This document shows positions 39,896-49,077 of a stretch of DNA of 64,000 bases, piece by piece. The notes beneath the pieces were generated by a model. That model saw nothing but the letters and a program-made list of their open reading frames with translations. It did no database searches and was not told where the DNA came from. The stretch is from an uncultured Candidatus Saccharibacteria bacterium (lineage in GTDB: Bacteria; Patescibacteriota; Andersenbacteria; UBA10190), in assembly GCA_964610055.1 (NCBI GenBank), contig CAZSUC010000001.1:588977-652976 (forward strand), written 5' to 3'. Both the position numbers and the translations under genes were made by a program. Numbering within the stretch: position 1 is the first letter of the stretch; the number at the start of each line of letters is the position of its first letter.

Positions 39896-40097
39896 ACAAA
39901 AAACTCCTACATGCACAACACGCATGAGGAGAAATCACTAAAAATCCTTATGCGCGTAGGCTCAACAAAGGATTCAGGCACTCTGACTTATGGCTTTTAG
40001 CCCATCACAGTTGCGGCATACCAGCGCCGGATTCTCACCGGCTTTCCCTGATCACACTTTTCAGTGCGCGTGGTGCGAACCACGCCAATCCTCTTTA
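39896..40097 (-). promoter_or_regulatory. Cobalamin riboswitch-like 5' leader (aptamer ~39966-40096, expression platform 39896-39965)
   Basis: The minus-strand RNA reads AUCAGGGAAAGCCGGUGAGAAUCCGGCGCUGGUAUGCCGCAACUGUGA (40005-40050) plus the B12-box-like GCCAUAAGUCAGAGUGCCUG (39975-39994). These are closed by P1 AAGAGGAUU/AAUCCUUU. Downstream, hairpin 39904-39931 (CUCCUCAUGC-guguugu-GCAUGUAGGAG) sequesters the SD and is followed by U6 and then the ATG. Confidence 0.8.
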
Positions 40098-40167
40098 AAA
40101 ATTAATGTGCACTCTTAGCTTACCGCCGTTCCCTTGGCCCCACAATCAGTTTTTTGCACAGGCTCGT

Positions 40168-41676
40168 TTATTTAGCGTATATCCAAACATAAGGCACGTC
40201 GTGCACCTTTATAACCTCCACCGGCACGACATCTTTCATTGCCGCTAACGCCTGACTCGCCAAAGTGTCTTCTCCGCGACCACCCATGTTTCTATAGGTC
40301 ACAATATAATCAACATGTTCATTCTCCCGAGCCGCTAAACTAACTACCTCGCCCCTAAAATATGTTTGCAACACTTGCGGATACCAAGATGCAACCGTTA
40401 ATTGTTCCGCCTCTGTCTGCGCGTTTAACCAAGCTGCCGCCGCTTCTAACCCCTCACCCCATCCTTGCTGACTTAGTGGCCGTATCTCCGGTAATAAAGA
40501 ATTATTATACGCAATCAAATAACTATCTCGCCAATTAGCCCATGTCCAAACGGATAGAAATACCACCACGCCTATCGCAAACCCTTGCCATGTTTTTTTT
40601 CGTCTCGCCAAAGTTATCTTTGCCGTTACCCATCCCGTCAACACCGGCCCCACAACCAACGCTGGCAATGCATACCGATCCGCTTTTTTCGCCGCCCAAG
40701 TCATAATAACCAAAAAGCCAATCGCATAAACATACATCCAAACCATTTCTTGGCTGTGCTTTTGTTTCCGCACTATTACTATTAATGCTGCTACCCAGCC
40801 AAATAACACCAGCGGCGTACTCCGACCCAATGCGGTTCGCATATAAAAAGTCGCGGGCTGAATCGCATCCGTCCCAGCATCTAACTCAACATGCTCCCAA
40901 GTAACTGCTGTCCCAATATCACGCGTAAATGAACGACTCATATCTGCTTTCACCCACGCCGCTGGCCATGCCACCCAAAACACCAGTCCTGCTACTCCAA
41001 TCACCGTGCCCAAAGTTCGCAACATTATATTTATTTTTCCTGACTTGCCCCATAACTTCCACACCACCCACCCCATCATCATTGGCACTAGCCATAACGC
41101 TAAAATTAATTTCGTTGCCGCTGCTAGCCCAAACCAAATACCTGCTCCAACTAGCCAACGCCATTTTTGCTTTTGCCACCAGACCATCCACGCCAACCAA
41201 CTATTCAACATGAACAATGCCAATAATCCATCCAAATGCACAATCTGCGTCGCTCCTGCTAAATACGGATCTAACGCCAAAAATATTCCAGCTAACCAAC
41301 CGACTGGCGCCCCTCCTAAGATCGTCAACATAAATGCCGCTATCCCAATCATCCCAGCCGCCGCTAAACTCACGGGCAGAACAGCTGCCTTACGAAAATG
41401 TTGTAAATTACCTGGCTGAACTGTTACTCCTAAACGTGTTTCTTGCACCACTTCCCCTGCCCCTGCTAGCCACATTAAAGGCGCCCCCGGATGAGTTGTC
41501 ACAAATGTCGACGCTGGATCCATGGCTCGAATTGCCTGCCAATATTGAGCGCTGCGTAACATCCACGCCTCTTCATCCACTGTCATATATTGCCCTAACC
41601 CCGGCCACCGCGCCAATAACGCTAAAACTCCGATACTAACTGGTATTATTCCTGCTTTCGCTTTAATCCAATTCAC
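40168..41676 (-). CDS. GT-C glycosyltransferase (ArnT/PMT-type), paralog of 29665-31620
   Basis: 502 aa and polytopic, with extended similarity to the first ~500 aa of the 651-aa protein. Confidence 0.75.
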   Translation of the reverse strand: MNWIKAKAGIIPVSIGVLALLARWPGLGQYMTVDEEAWMLRSAQYWQAIRAMDPASTFVTTHPGAPLMWLAGAGEVVQETRLGVTVQPGNLQHFRKAAVLPVSLAAAGMIGIAAFMLTILGGAPVGWLAGIFLALDPYLAGATQIVHLDGLLALFMLNSWLAWMVWWQKQKWRWLVGAGIWFGLAAATKLILALWLVPMMMGWVVWKLWGKSGKINIMLRTLGTVIGVAGLVFWVAWPAAWVKADMSRSFTRDIGTAVTWEHVELDAGTDAIQPATFYMRTALGRSTPLVLFGWVAALIVIVRKQKHSQEMVWMYVYAIGFLVIMTWAAKKADRYALPALVVGPVLTGWVTAKITLARRKKTWQGFAIGVVVFLSVWTWANWRDSYLIAYNNSLLPEIRPLSQQGWGEGLEAAAAWLNAQTEAEQLTVASWYPQVLQTYFRGEVVSLAARENEHVDYIVTYRNMGGRGEDTLASQALAAMKDVVPVEVIKVHDVPYVWIYAK

Positions 41677-44324
41677 ACTGCACTCGCTTTAATTCGATGC
41701 ATGAACACCAGCGTGTTTGATCCATTCTCTACTTCATGAACTGTTTCAAAATCAGTTTCCATCCCTGCCTCAATCTCGGAATACTCCATCAAAAATGAAA
41801 ACCCAGTTTGTTTTTCTAGTAACACCCATTCCGCCTCACGCCAAGCCTGAACCATCTCTTCGGCGGAAGGCAAAAACACATTCAGTCTTTCTGGGTTCTT
41901 TCGTGTAAATTCATAGGCATACCAACGCGGATGAGCAATATCTAACGACACATGATGACCAGATAAATATGGTACTGCCGCTGCTCCCGTAAAAATCGGT
42001 TTATCTGATGGAATATTTTCCTGCGCCCATTCTGCCGCCTCACGCAAAGAATCTTGCTGAAAAGTTCCAGTGTGCTCAAACGTTGCCGTAATATAATTTG
42101 ATAAATAAACTGCCCACATAATCACTAGTATACTTATCACCGCCAATGGGCGGCGTACCATTTCTCCTTTACCTACCACAAACAAACGTCTCCACAACCA
42201 ATAAGCTCCTACCGCCGCCAATATCGTCAGAGGTGGCAAAAATTCAATAATGTAATTCGCATGAAACTTAATCCAATTCCAGTAAAAGAAGGCTAAGCCT
42301 AAAAACCACGCCAACAAGACCAATGCACTCGCTAGCATCTGTCCCGCCGATTGTTCTCCCGGTGCCACTTTAATTGACTGTTTAATTTCAAATTGAGCTT
42401 GTGCTCCTGAAACTACATTCATCGGTATATTCACCCCTGCATCCGGCTGCGTACTAGCTTTAACTTGAGATGACGCCACCCATCCTTCTTCATTACTACG
42501 CGGCCATACAGTTGCAATCAGTAAAACACTCATCATACCCCACCATAACCCTCGCATTCCACCCATTGATAAAAACGGTTCTCCTTCATATTCAAAGAAA
42601 AATCCATGCGCCCACCACCACCCTAACCATGCCAATAACCAGCCTATTTTTGGCAGCACATGATCGACAATTACAATAGTGATCTTGTCCGACTTATCAC
42701 TGACCCACTTTCGCGCTATCACCCGTAACCATCTTTCCCACATCATTCCAACTCCCACCAGCGCCAAAATTATTAGCGGCAATGATTCTCGGAAAAACGG
42801 CGTCATGCCTCGAATTGAATATTCGCGCACTTGTTCCGCCTCTGCCGGATCAATTGCGGTTTGCCCATCTTCCGCTGAATTAAAACCACTCACTTCCCAC
42901 AAGCCTTGTGTACCATACTGACCATATGCCCACCCTAACAACGCCGAAATTACTAACAAAAATCCCGCCCCAATCAAAACTAAACGCTGGAATTTATTGC
43001 GCCATCCTCGCGACTCAATCCAGACTAATAATAACGGCACAATCCCTAACGCTAGAATACTCTTACGCGAAGCAACACCTAACCCCAATAAAAGACCACC
43101 TATTAACAAGCGATATCCTAATTTCCGGCCTCCCAGATGACCCCGCAACGCCGTCCATATCACCGCGATTCCACTAATCCCAAATAACATCGCCACTGGC
43201 TGAGTGTGCACATACACTGTACTCACTGCTGCCGATCCCAACATCCCCCACATTACCGCTGCCAATAATCCTGTTCGTTTGTTATGTGCTTCTCGTCCAA
43301 TAAAATACATCGGAATGATTGTCAGCACTCCAGCCATAATTGATCCCATGCGTCCCGCTAAAATTGTCGGTCCCATTATTAACTGCCATAATGCCACCCA
43401 TAACAACATAATCGGCGCCTTCACATAACCATCCCCTCCGGCTAAGTGTCCGCGCAATAATGTTTGCGCATCATACAAATAATTACCCTCATCATTAGTC
43501 ACCGGCATTTCTACGGCATATCTGATACGCCATAAAGTCGCCAATATCATGACTAAAGCAATAATCGTTCCCACTACTACTCGATTTAATTCTTTTTCCT
43601 GAGCTTGCCCGCTCAAAACTACTATTGCTCCTACAACCACCGCAGCCGCCAACGCTAAAATCATCCAGTTATAATACGTTCCTTCCCGTGTATCCCAAGT
43701 TCCCACTACCCACCGCGCCTGATTCCCAACAGTGGTAATAATAGCTTCTCGCAACGTCACATCATGATGAGCTATAAACGCCACATCCACCGTTGGCTTT
43801 CCTGACCGCGCAATTACCTCCGCCCCTATCTGCCCTTCGCTGTTCCGCACTAAAAATGCTGACCCTAAGTGATAAGGATCTTGCGTGTTCAAATCAACAG
43901 TCACTGCATTTCCCACCACTGACGCCGGCGAAGTAATCGCGAAGAAATAAGTTTTTCCTTTGCTATTCGCAATCGGATCAAACTCAAACCGATAAAATTG
44001 ATTATCTCCTAGCTCCTGCGGCTCAGCTATGACAGTCCGCAAATTTTCATCACTTGTATAGGACTCTCGTAAATAGAAATAAACCGGCGCCGTGTTGTCC
44101 CTCCCCGAATACGTTGCAAACATTACGCTTACTGCCGACAAGTCATCTGCATCCGCCACAAAAGTCTGTCCTACTAACGCATCGCCCGTTAATTCACCTG
44201 CGTTAGTTGTATATTCCTTAATTTCCGTGTCATTTTGCTTAACCTTAATAAAATTCGCTGACACTGCTGCAGCCGCTAAAACAACTACCACAATTAAAAA
44301 CCAAATTTTTGTTGATGATCGCAT
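41673..44324 (-). CDS. Large GT-C glycosyltransferase with N-terminal anchored soluble module
   Basis: 883 aa. A signal-anchor is followed by a module (GELTGDALVGQTF...YRFEFDPI...FFAITSP...GNAVTV), then many TM helices with an ArnT/PMT-like pattern (NDEGNYLYDAQ). Confidence 0.75.
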   Translation of the reverse strand: MRSSTKIWFLIVVVVLAAAAVSANFIKVKQNDTEIKEYTTNAGELTGDALVGQTFVADADDLSAVSVMFATYSGRDNTAPVYFYLRESYTSDENLRTVIAEPQELGDNQFYRFEFDPIANSKGKTYFFAITSPASVVGNAVTVDLNTQDPYHLGSAFLVRNSEGQIGAEVIARSGKPTVDVAFIAHHDVTLREAIITTVGNQARWVVGTWDTREGTYYNWMILALAAAVVVGAIVVLSGQAQEKELNRVVVGTIIALVMILATLWRIRYAVEMPVTNDEGNYLYDAQTLLRGHLAGGDGYVKAPIMLLWVALWQLIMGPTILAGRMGSIMAGVLTIIPMYFIGREAHNKRTGLLAAVMWGMLGSAAVSTVYVHTQPVAMLFGISGIAVIWTALRGHLGGRKLGYRLLIGGLLLGLGVASRKSILALGIVPLLLVWIESRGWRNKFQRLVLIGAGFLLVISALLGWAYGQYGTQGLWEVSGFNSAEDGQTAIDPAEAEQVREYSIRGMTPFFRESLPLIILALVGVGMMWERWLRVIARKWVSDKSDKITIVIVDHVLPKIGWLLAWLGWWWAHGFFFEYEGEPFLSMGGMRGLWWGMMSVLLIATVWPRSNEEGWVASSQVKASTQPDAGVNIPMNVVSGAQAQFEIKQSIKVAPGEQSAGQMLASALVLLAWFLGLAFFYWNWIKFHANYIIEFLPPLTILAAVGAYWLWRRLFVVGKGEMVRRPLAVISILVIMWAVYLSNYITATFEHTGTFQQDSLREAAEWAQENIPSDKPIFTGAAAVPYLSGHHVSLDIAHPRWYAYEFTRKNPERLNVFLPSAEEMVQAWREAEWVLLEKQTGFSFLMEYSEIEAGMETDFETVHEVENGSNTLVFMHRIKASAV

Positions 44325-44333
44325 TAACGCCTC

Positions 44334-45353
44334 TTACCAATAATACTCTTTATTCTTGCGATAAAACTCGACCATTTCACGAATACCGTCCTTAAAATCT
44401 ATCTGTGGTTTCCAGGCACATGCCATTTCCAATTTATGCGTATCAGCAATATAATCCCCTGTCTCATTTTTTTCATAATCTTCCGGCCAGGGTACGTATT
44501 TCTTCGTCCCCGCCCCCGCCGCTGCGATAATCATATCTACCATCTCTCCAAATTTAATCCGCTCATGACTCCCCACATTATACGCTTCTCCCGCCTGTCC
44601 TTTGACGATTAAGCGCATCATCCCATTTACAATATCATCAATATAAATATAATCTCGCTCCTGTTCTCCATCTCCAAAAATCTGAATTTCTTGCCCCTCT
44701 AAAGCCTGCCTCACAAACCAACCAACTATTGAATACTTACCATGTTTCATCTGCTGTCGTGGACCATATGGATTTGGGATCCGCATAGACACGCCTTGCA
44801 CTCCAAAAGTATGCGCATAATATCGATAATACTTTTCTCCTAATAGCTTATGAATTCCATACAAAGACAAAGGATCAGTCGGATGCGTCTCTTTAACCGG
44901 TAATTCTAAAATTTTTCCATACACTAATCGAGATGACGAAAAAAGAATCCGCGCTTCTGGTGCAAAATTTTTGACTGCTTCCAAAATCACTAAATTGCCT
45001 CGGCCGTTAAAATCCAAATCCATAAACGGCTTATCCTTTGATTCCAAATAACTCACTTGTCCCGCTAAATGAAACACAAACTGTTTGCCTTGCACTAATT
45101 TATTCATTAGTTCCTCATCCCGAATATCACCATCTACCAGCTCTAACTTCTCTTCTATATCCGCTACGTTAAACCGATTACCTCCATACGGCGGCAATAA
45201 CGCATCCAAAATTGTTACTTTTGCTCCAGCTGCTGTTAGCGCTCTTGCCAAATTACTGCCAATAAATCCTAGGCCACCAGTAATCAACACCTGTGCTCCA
45301 GTTAGGGCTGTTTTTATATCTTCCGGCAAATCGCTTGTTAATTGCTTATCCAT
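44334..45353 (-). CDS. NAD-dependent sugar-nucleotide epimerase/dehydratase (extended SDR)
   Basis: Carries VLITGGLGFIGSNLARAL and the YGIHK (YxxxK) motif. 339 aa. Confidence 0.85.
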   Translation of the reverse strand: MDKQLTSDLPEDIKTALTGAQVLITGGLGFIGSNLARALTAAGAKVTILDALLPPYGGNRFNVADIEEKLELVDGDIRDEELMNKLVQGKQFVFHLAGQVSYLESKDKPFMDLDFNGRGNLVILEAVKNFAPEARILFSSSRLVYGKILELPVKETHPTDPLSLYGIHKLLGEKYYRYYAHTFGVQGVSMRIPNPYGPRQQMKHGKYSIVGWFVRQALEGQEIQIFGDGEQERDYIYIDDIVNGMMRLIVKGQAGEAYNVGSHERIKFGEMVDMIIAAAGAGTKKYVPWPEDYEKNETGDYIADTHKLEMACAWKPQIDFKDGIREMVEFYRKNKEYYW

Positions 45354-45402
45354 TGCCTATCACGGTAGCAGAAAAATTCTGTGTCTGCATCTCTAATTCT
45401 TT

Positions 45403-45441
45403 AACAAAACCCCTTAAAGAAAGACGCATTTCCTTAAGGGG
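45403..45441 (-). terminator. Rho-independent terminator
   Basis: The minus strand forms CCCCUUAA(g)GAAA-ugcguc-UUUC(u)UUAAGGGG followed by UUUUGUU. It lies 12 nt after the stop of the 149-aa ORF. Confidence 0.6.
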
Positions 45442-45452
45442 CGAATAAACAC

Positions 45453-45902
45453 TCAGGATTGCAAGCGAATCAAGAGAGCGTAAGATTCCCTCAGCCGCGG
45501 AACACAGTGATTCATTGCCAAACCACGTGTCGTGCAAGACTTATACAGCCACGATCCGCGGGTAAGACCAAACTTATCGCGAGTATCCAGTTGCACAATC
45601 TTGGCATATGGCAACAACAAACCACGCAGAAAAAAATGAGCGCCCACAGCCAAAAGATCGCACTGATCCGCTAACCAAACACGCTTCTTCTCAACCCAAT
45701 CCATCGCTTGCATATCAGTCGTTTCAACTCCAAAGCAAACGAGTTCCAAAGGCGCTAAACCAGCCGCATGGGGCGCACACCAATCTTGAGGTATAGTCAC
45801 CCCGGTCACCATGTCATACTTAGCACTATCAACGCGTTCCTGTAAAGATACACTCCGGGGCGGCAACCAGACATCACGCAGTTTCGTTATAACCACTGTC
45901 AT
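45453..45902 (-). CDS. Orphan hypothetical protein (149 aa)
   Basis: ATG 45902 is preceded by CAGGAGAA. No recognisable motif. It sits in a patch where the window-wide C>G bias is lost. Confidence 0.5.
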   Translation of the reverse strand: MTVVITKLRDVWLPPRSVSLQERVDSAKYDMVTGVTIPQDWCAPHAAGLAPLELVCFGVETTDMQAMDWVEKKRVWLADQCDLLAVGAHFFLRGLLLPYAKIVQLDTRDKFGLTRGSWLYKSCTTRGLAMNHCVPRLRESYALLIRLQS

Positions 45903-45969
45903 CTCTCTTCTCCTGTATGAGTGAAACTTTGTCTCAGTGAAAGGTACGATCAATTACACTCTCACGATT

Positions 45970-47109
45970 TTACCCCTGTTTATATTCCCGATACAACCGG
46001 TCGTATTCACTCATGATTGCACTCCAATCGTATTGCAAAGCCATCTCTCGACTTGCTTTCCCCATTCGTTCTCGTAAATCTTGATCATCAATCAATCGTA
46101 CCAATCTCTCGGCAATCTGTTCTTCATTTTCTCCCACTAAAAATCCATTTTCGCCCTCTTTAACGATTTCGTTATTTCCTCCCACATCACTCGCCACCAC
46201 CGGCAATCCGCACCCCATTGCTTCTAAAATTACTGATGGCATACCTTCTGATAATGACGTCAACACAAACACGTCAGCATACTGATAAGATTTTTCTAAT
46301 TTGTCGTAAGGCACAGTCCCCACATACTTAATCACATCTGACACGCCTAATGAAGTCGCCAACTGGTCCAGTTCACTACGATAAGTTCCTGTCCCCACTA
46401 CTTCAACTTCAAACGGATACTGCGCTCGCTCCCTCACTAACGGCAATGCCTTCACTACCCGCTGAAACCCTTTCCGCGGAATCAAACGACCAATAAACAA
46501 TAGTCTGACTTTGGGGTTAGCTGACCGTTCAATCGGAGAAAACCTTTTCGTATCCACCCCATTTGGAATCAACTTAAACTCCGCTTTCGGATCAACTTGT
46601 TGACCTAAGCGAACCAATTCTTCTGAACAAACAGTTCTAAACTCCGCTCGTTGCCAAATTAATTTTAATAGGGGAGTAATCACCGGATACACCCGTTTGT
46701 ATCGCGATGGATTCGCCCCCGGAATATCCGATCCGCCAAAATAAACAGCGTAGGGGAGACCTCGCACTAATGAAATCACCCACGCCACCCATCCCGCCGG
46801 CACCGCAAAATACGCCTGAATAAAGTCCACTTTATGCCTTAAGGTGTACCACCACACGTATCCCAATGCTGATATTCCAAATATGACTAACTCCCACATC
46901 GCCGCATAGTCAGCAAATCGCCGCACTGCCGGAATCCTAATCACTTCAGCTCCATCAATCACTTCCCTGCGCGGCAATCCCTTATATCCCGATGTCACTA
47001 AAGTCACTTCATGCCCAGCCGCCACTAAATATTTAATCGCATATTTTGTAACCGTTGATCCTCCCCCGCCAATCGGCGGAAATTCATTGTTAATTAGCAG
47101 CAGCTTCAT
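45970..47109 (-). CDS. Glycosyltransferase family 4
   Basis: MKLLLINNEFPPIGGGGS at the N-terminus and LTSLSEGMPSVILEAMGCGLPVVASDVGGNNEIVKEGENGFLV (E-x7-E). Confidence 0.85.
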   Translation of the reverse strand: MKLLLINNEFPPIGGGGSTVTKYAIKYLVAAGHEVTLVTSGYKGLPRREVIDGAEVIRIPAVRRFADYAAMWELVIFGISALGYVWWYTLRHKVDFIQAYFAVPAGWVAWVISLVRGLPYAVYFGGSDIPGANPSRYKRVYPVITPLLKLIWQRAEFRTVCSEELVRLGQQVDPKAEFKLIPNGVDTKRFSPIERSANPKVRLLFIGRLIPRKGFQRVVKALPLVRERAQYPFEVEVVGTGTYRSELDQLATSLGVSDVIKYVGTVPYDKLEKSYQYADVFVLTSLSEGMPSVILEAMGCGLPVVASDVGGNNEIVKEGENGFLVGENEEQIAERLVRLIDDQDLRERMGKASREMALQYDWSAIMSEYDRLYREYKQG

Positions 47110-47114
47110 TGCAA

Positions 47115-48053
47115 TTATTCAAATCCAACTGTTCTCCGGATTGTATAGGGCTTTTTTTCCGTGTAATAAGTTTTTGCCACCTGATCAGCCAATACTCCGG
47201 ACAATAAAAATTGAAAACCTAATAAAACTAATAAAACAGCCAGCAGGGGAGAAGTTCGATTCGCCAACCCAATAATCCGAAATAACCACAGTGCGCCTAG
47301 CGTACCACCCAAGACAAATCCAGTTCCGATAAATCCCGCCCCGATCGCTCCAAAAAAGTGCATCGGCCTAGCTGAATATTGAATCCAAAATTTCACCACA
47401 AATAAATCCAAAAACCCTTTTAATTTCTTTTTGATTGAATATTTCGTCTTACCGTATTTACGAGGATGATGCCTTACCACCATCTCTCCCACTCGAAATC
47501 CTTTCCATGACAACAACGCTGTAATATACCGATGCATTTCTCCGTATAATTCCAGTCCTTCCAAAGCTTCTTTGCGGTACACTTTCAAACTGCACCCTTG
47601 ATCGTGAATTTTTTCGCCTGTTACTCTCCGTCGCACCCAATTCCCAATCTTACTCCCCAGCATCAATAGTTGCTTATCATGCCGCTCTTTTCGCCATCCG
47701 GATACGACATCTAATTTATCCTCCTCTAACTTCTTAATCATCGCCGGAATATCTTCCGGATCATTCTGTAAATCAGCATCTAACACAATCACGTATTTCC
47801 CTTGCGCTTTATCAAACCCAGCCGACCAAGCCGCTGTCTGTCCAAACTGTCGTCGGAATTCAATTAGCTTCACGCGCTTATCTTGTTCAGTCAGGCGCAC
47901 AACTCGTTTCAATGTCTCATCCGTGCTACCGTCATCAATAATAATCAATTCCCACTCTCCTGCCATTTCACCCACTACCCGCTTAACCGACTCATACAAA
48001 GGCAGGATTGAATCTTCTTCGTTATGTGCTGGGACAACAATTGAATATTGCAT
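47115..48053 (-). CDS. Polyprenyl-phosphate glycosyltransferase, GT2 (GtrB/ArnC/DPM1-like)
   Basis: YSIVVPAHNEEDSILPL...WELIIIDDGSTDET...VLDADLQNDPEDIP, plus two C-terminal TM helices. Confidence 0.85.
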   Translation of the reverse strand: MQYSIVVPAHNEEDSILPLYESVKRVVGEMAGEWELIIIDDGSTDETLKRVVRLTEQDKRVKLIEFRRQFGQTAAWSAGFDKAQGKYVIVLDADLQNDPEDIPAMIKKLEEDKLDVVSGWRKERHDKQLLMLGSKIGNWVRRRVTGEKIHDQGCSLKVYRKEALEGLELYGEMHRYITALLSWKGFRVGEMVVRHHPRKYGKTKYSIKKKLKGFLDLFVVKFWIQYSARPMHFFGAIGAGFIGTGFVLGGTLGALWLFRIIGLANRTSPLLAVLLVLLGFQFLLSGVLADQVAKTYYTEKKPYTIRRTVGFE

Positions 48054-48068
48054 ATCTTTGTCTTTCTA

Positions 48069-48953
48069 TTATGAAACAGTCTGGTCAGCTACCTCAAGCA
48101 GATAATCTCCATACCCACTTTTTTTCAATGGCTCCGCTAAAGCAATGAGTTGTTCTCGAGTGATATACCCCATCCGATAAGCCGTTTCTTCAATACAGCC
48201 CACTTTCAAACCCTGTCTCTTTTCAATCACTTGGACAAAATTCGCCGCCTGCAACAAAGAATCATGGGTTCCCGAGTCTAACCACGCCGTCCCACGATTT
48301 AATTTCGCTACCCGCAAATTCCCCGCTTGCAAATACAGCTTATTAATATCTGTAATCTCTAATTCGCCTCGCGCTGACGGCTTTAAGTTTCGCGCCATCT
48401 CCACCACTGCGTTGTCGTAAAAATATATTCCTGGCACCGCATATGACGATTTCGGTTGCAATGGCTTTTCTTCAATACTCAACACCTTACCTACCTCATC
48501 AAAATCAACTACTCCATACCTTTCCGGATCAGACACGTGATAGGCAAACACTAACCCTCCGCCTTGGTTCTCTACTTCTTGCTTCGCTTCTTGTAACACT
48601 TCTTGAATTCCGCCGCCGTAAAAAATATTATCGCCTAGAATCAATGCCACGCTTTCTTGACTAACAAAATCCGCACCAATCACAAAAGCCTGCGCTAAAC
48701 CTTCTGGCCGCGGTTGTTCGGCATATGTAAAATGCATGCCTAATTGCTGACCATCGCCCAGCAGCTTCTTGAACAACGGCAAATCATACGGTGTTGAAAT
48801 AATTAAAACTTCCTGAATCCCAGCCAAAATCATCATTGATAAGGGATAATAAATCATTGGTTTGTCGTAGACTGGAACCAATTGTTTACTTACTGCAATT
48901 GTTGCCGGATTTAATCTTGTCCCTGCCCCACCTGCTAAAATAATCCCTTTCAT
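48069..48953 (-). CDS. rmlA: Glucose-1-phosphate thymidylyltransferase
   Basis: [46 protein letters not shown] matches the RmlA/RfbA N-terminus. Confidence 0.9.
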   Translation of the reverse strand: MKGIILAGGAGTRLNPATIAVSKQLVPVYDKPMIYYPLSMMILAGIQEVLIISTPYDLPLFKKLLGDGQQLGMHFTYAEQPRPEGLAQAFVIGADFVSQESVALILGDNIFYGGGIQEVLQEAKQEVENQGGGLVFAYHVSDPERYGVVDFDEVGKVLSIEEKPLQPKSSYAVPGIYFYDNAVVEMARNLKPSARGELEITDINKLYLQAGNLRVAKLNRGTAWLDSGTHDSLLQAANFVQVIEKRQGLKVGCIEETAYRMGYITREQLIALAEPLKKSGYGDYLLEVADQTVS

Positions 48954-48984
48954 AAGTCTTCTGCTTAATTAAGACTAACCTATA

Positions 48985-49014
48985 ATTATAACACTTTTAC
49001 CCTAATATTGTCAA
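48985..49014 (-). promoter_or_regulatory. Sigma70-like promoter upstream of rmlA
   Basis: On the minus strand, TTGACA (49014-49009), an 18-nt spacer and TATAAT (48990-48985). A GGGGAGTCCCC palindrome lies just upstream at about 49026-49036. Confidence 0.5.
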
Positions 49015-49077
49015 TAGGAATAGGGGAGTCCCCTCCGCCATTTATCATATACTTATCGCCTGCCGGCTACCACTCCT

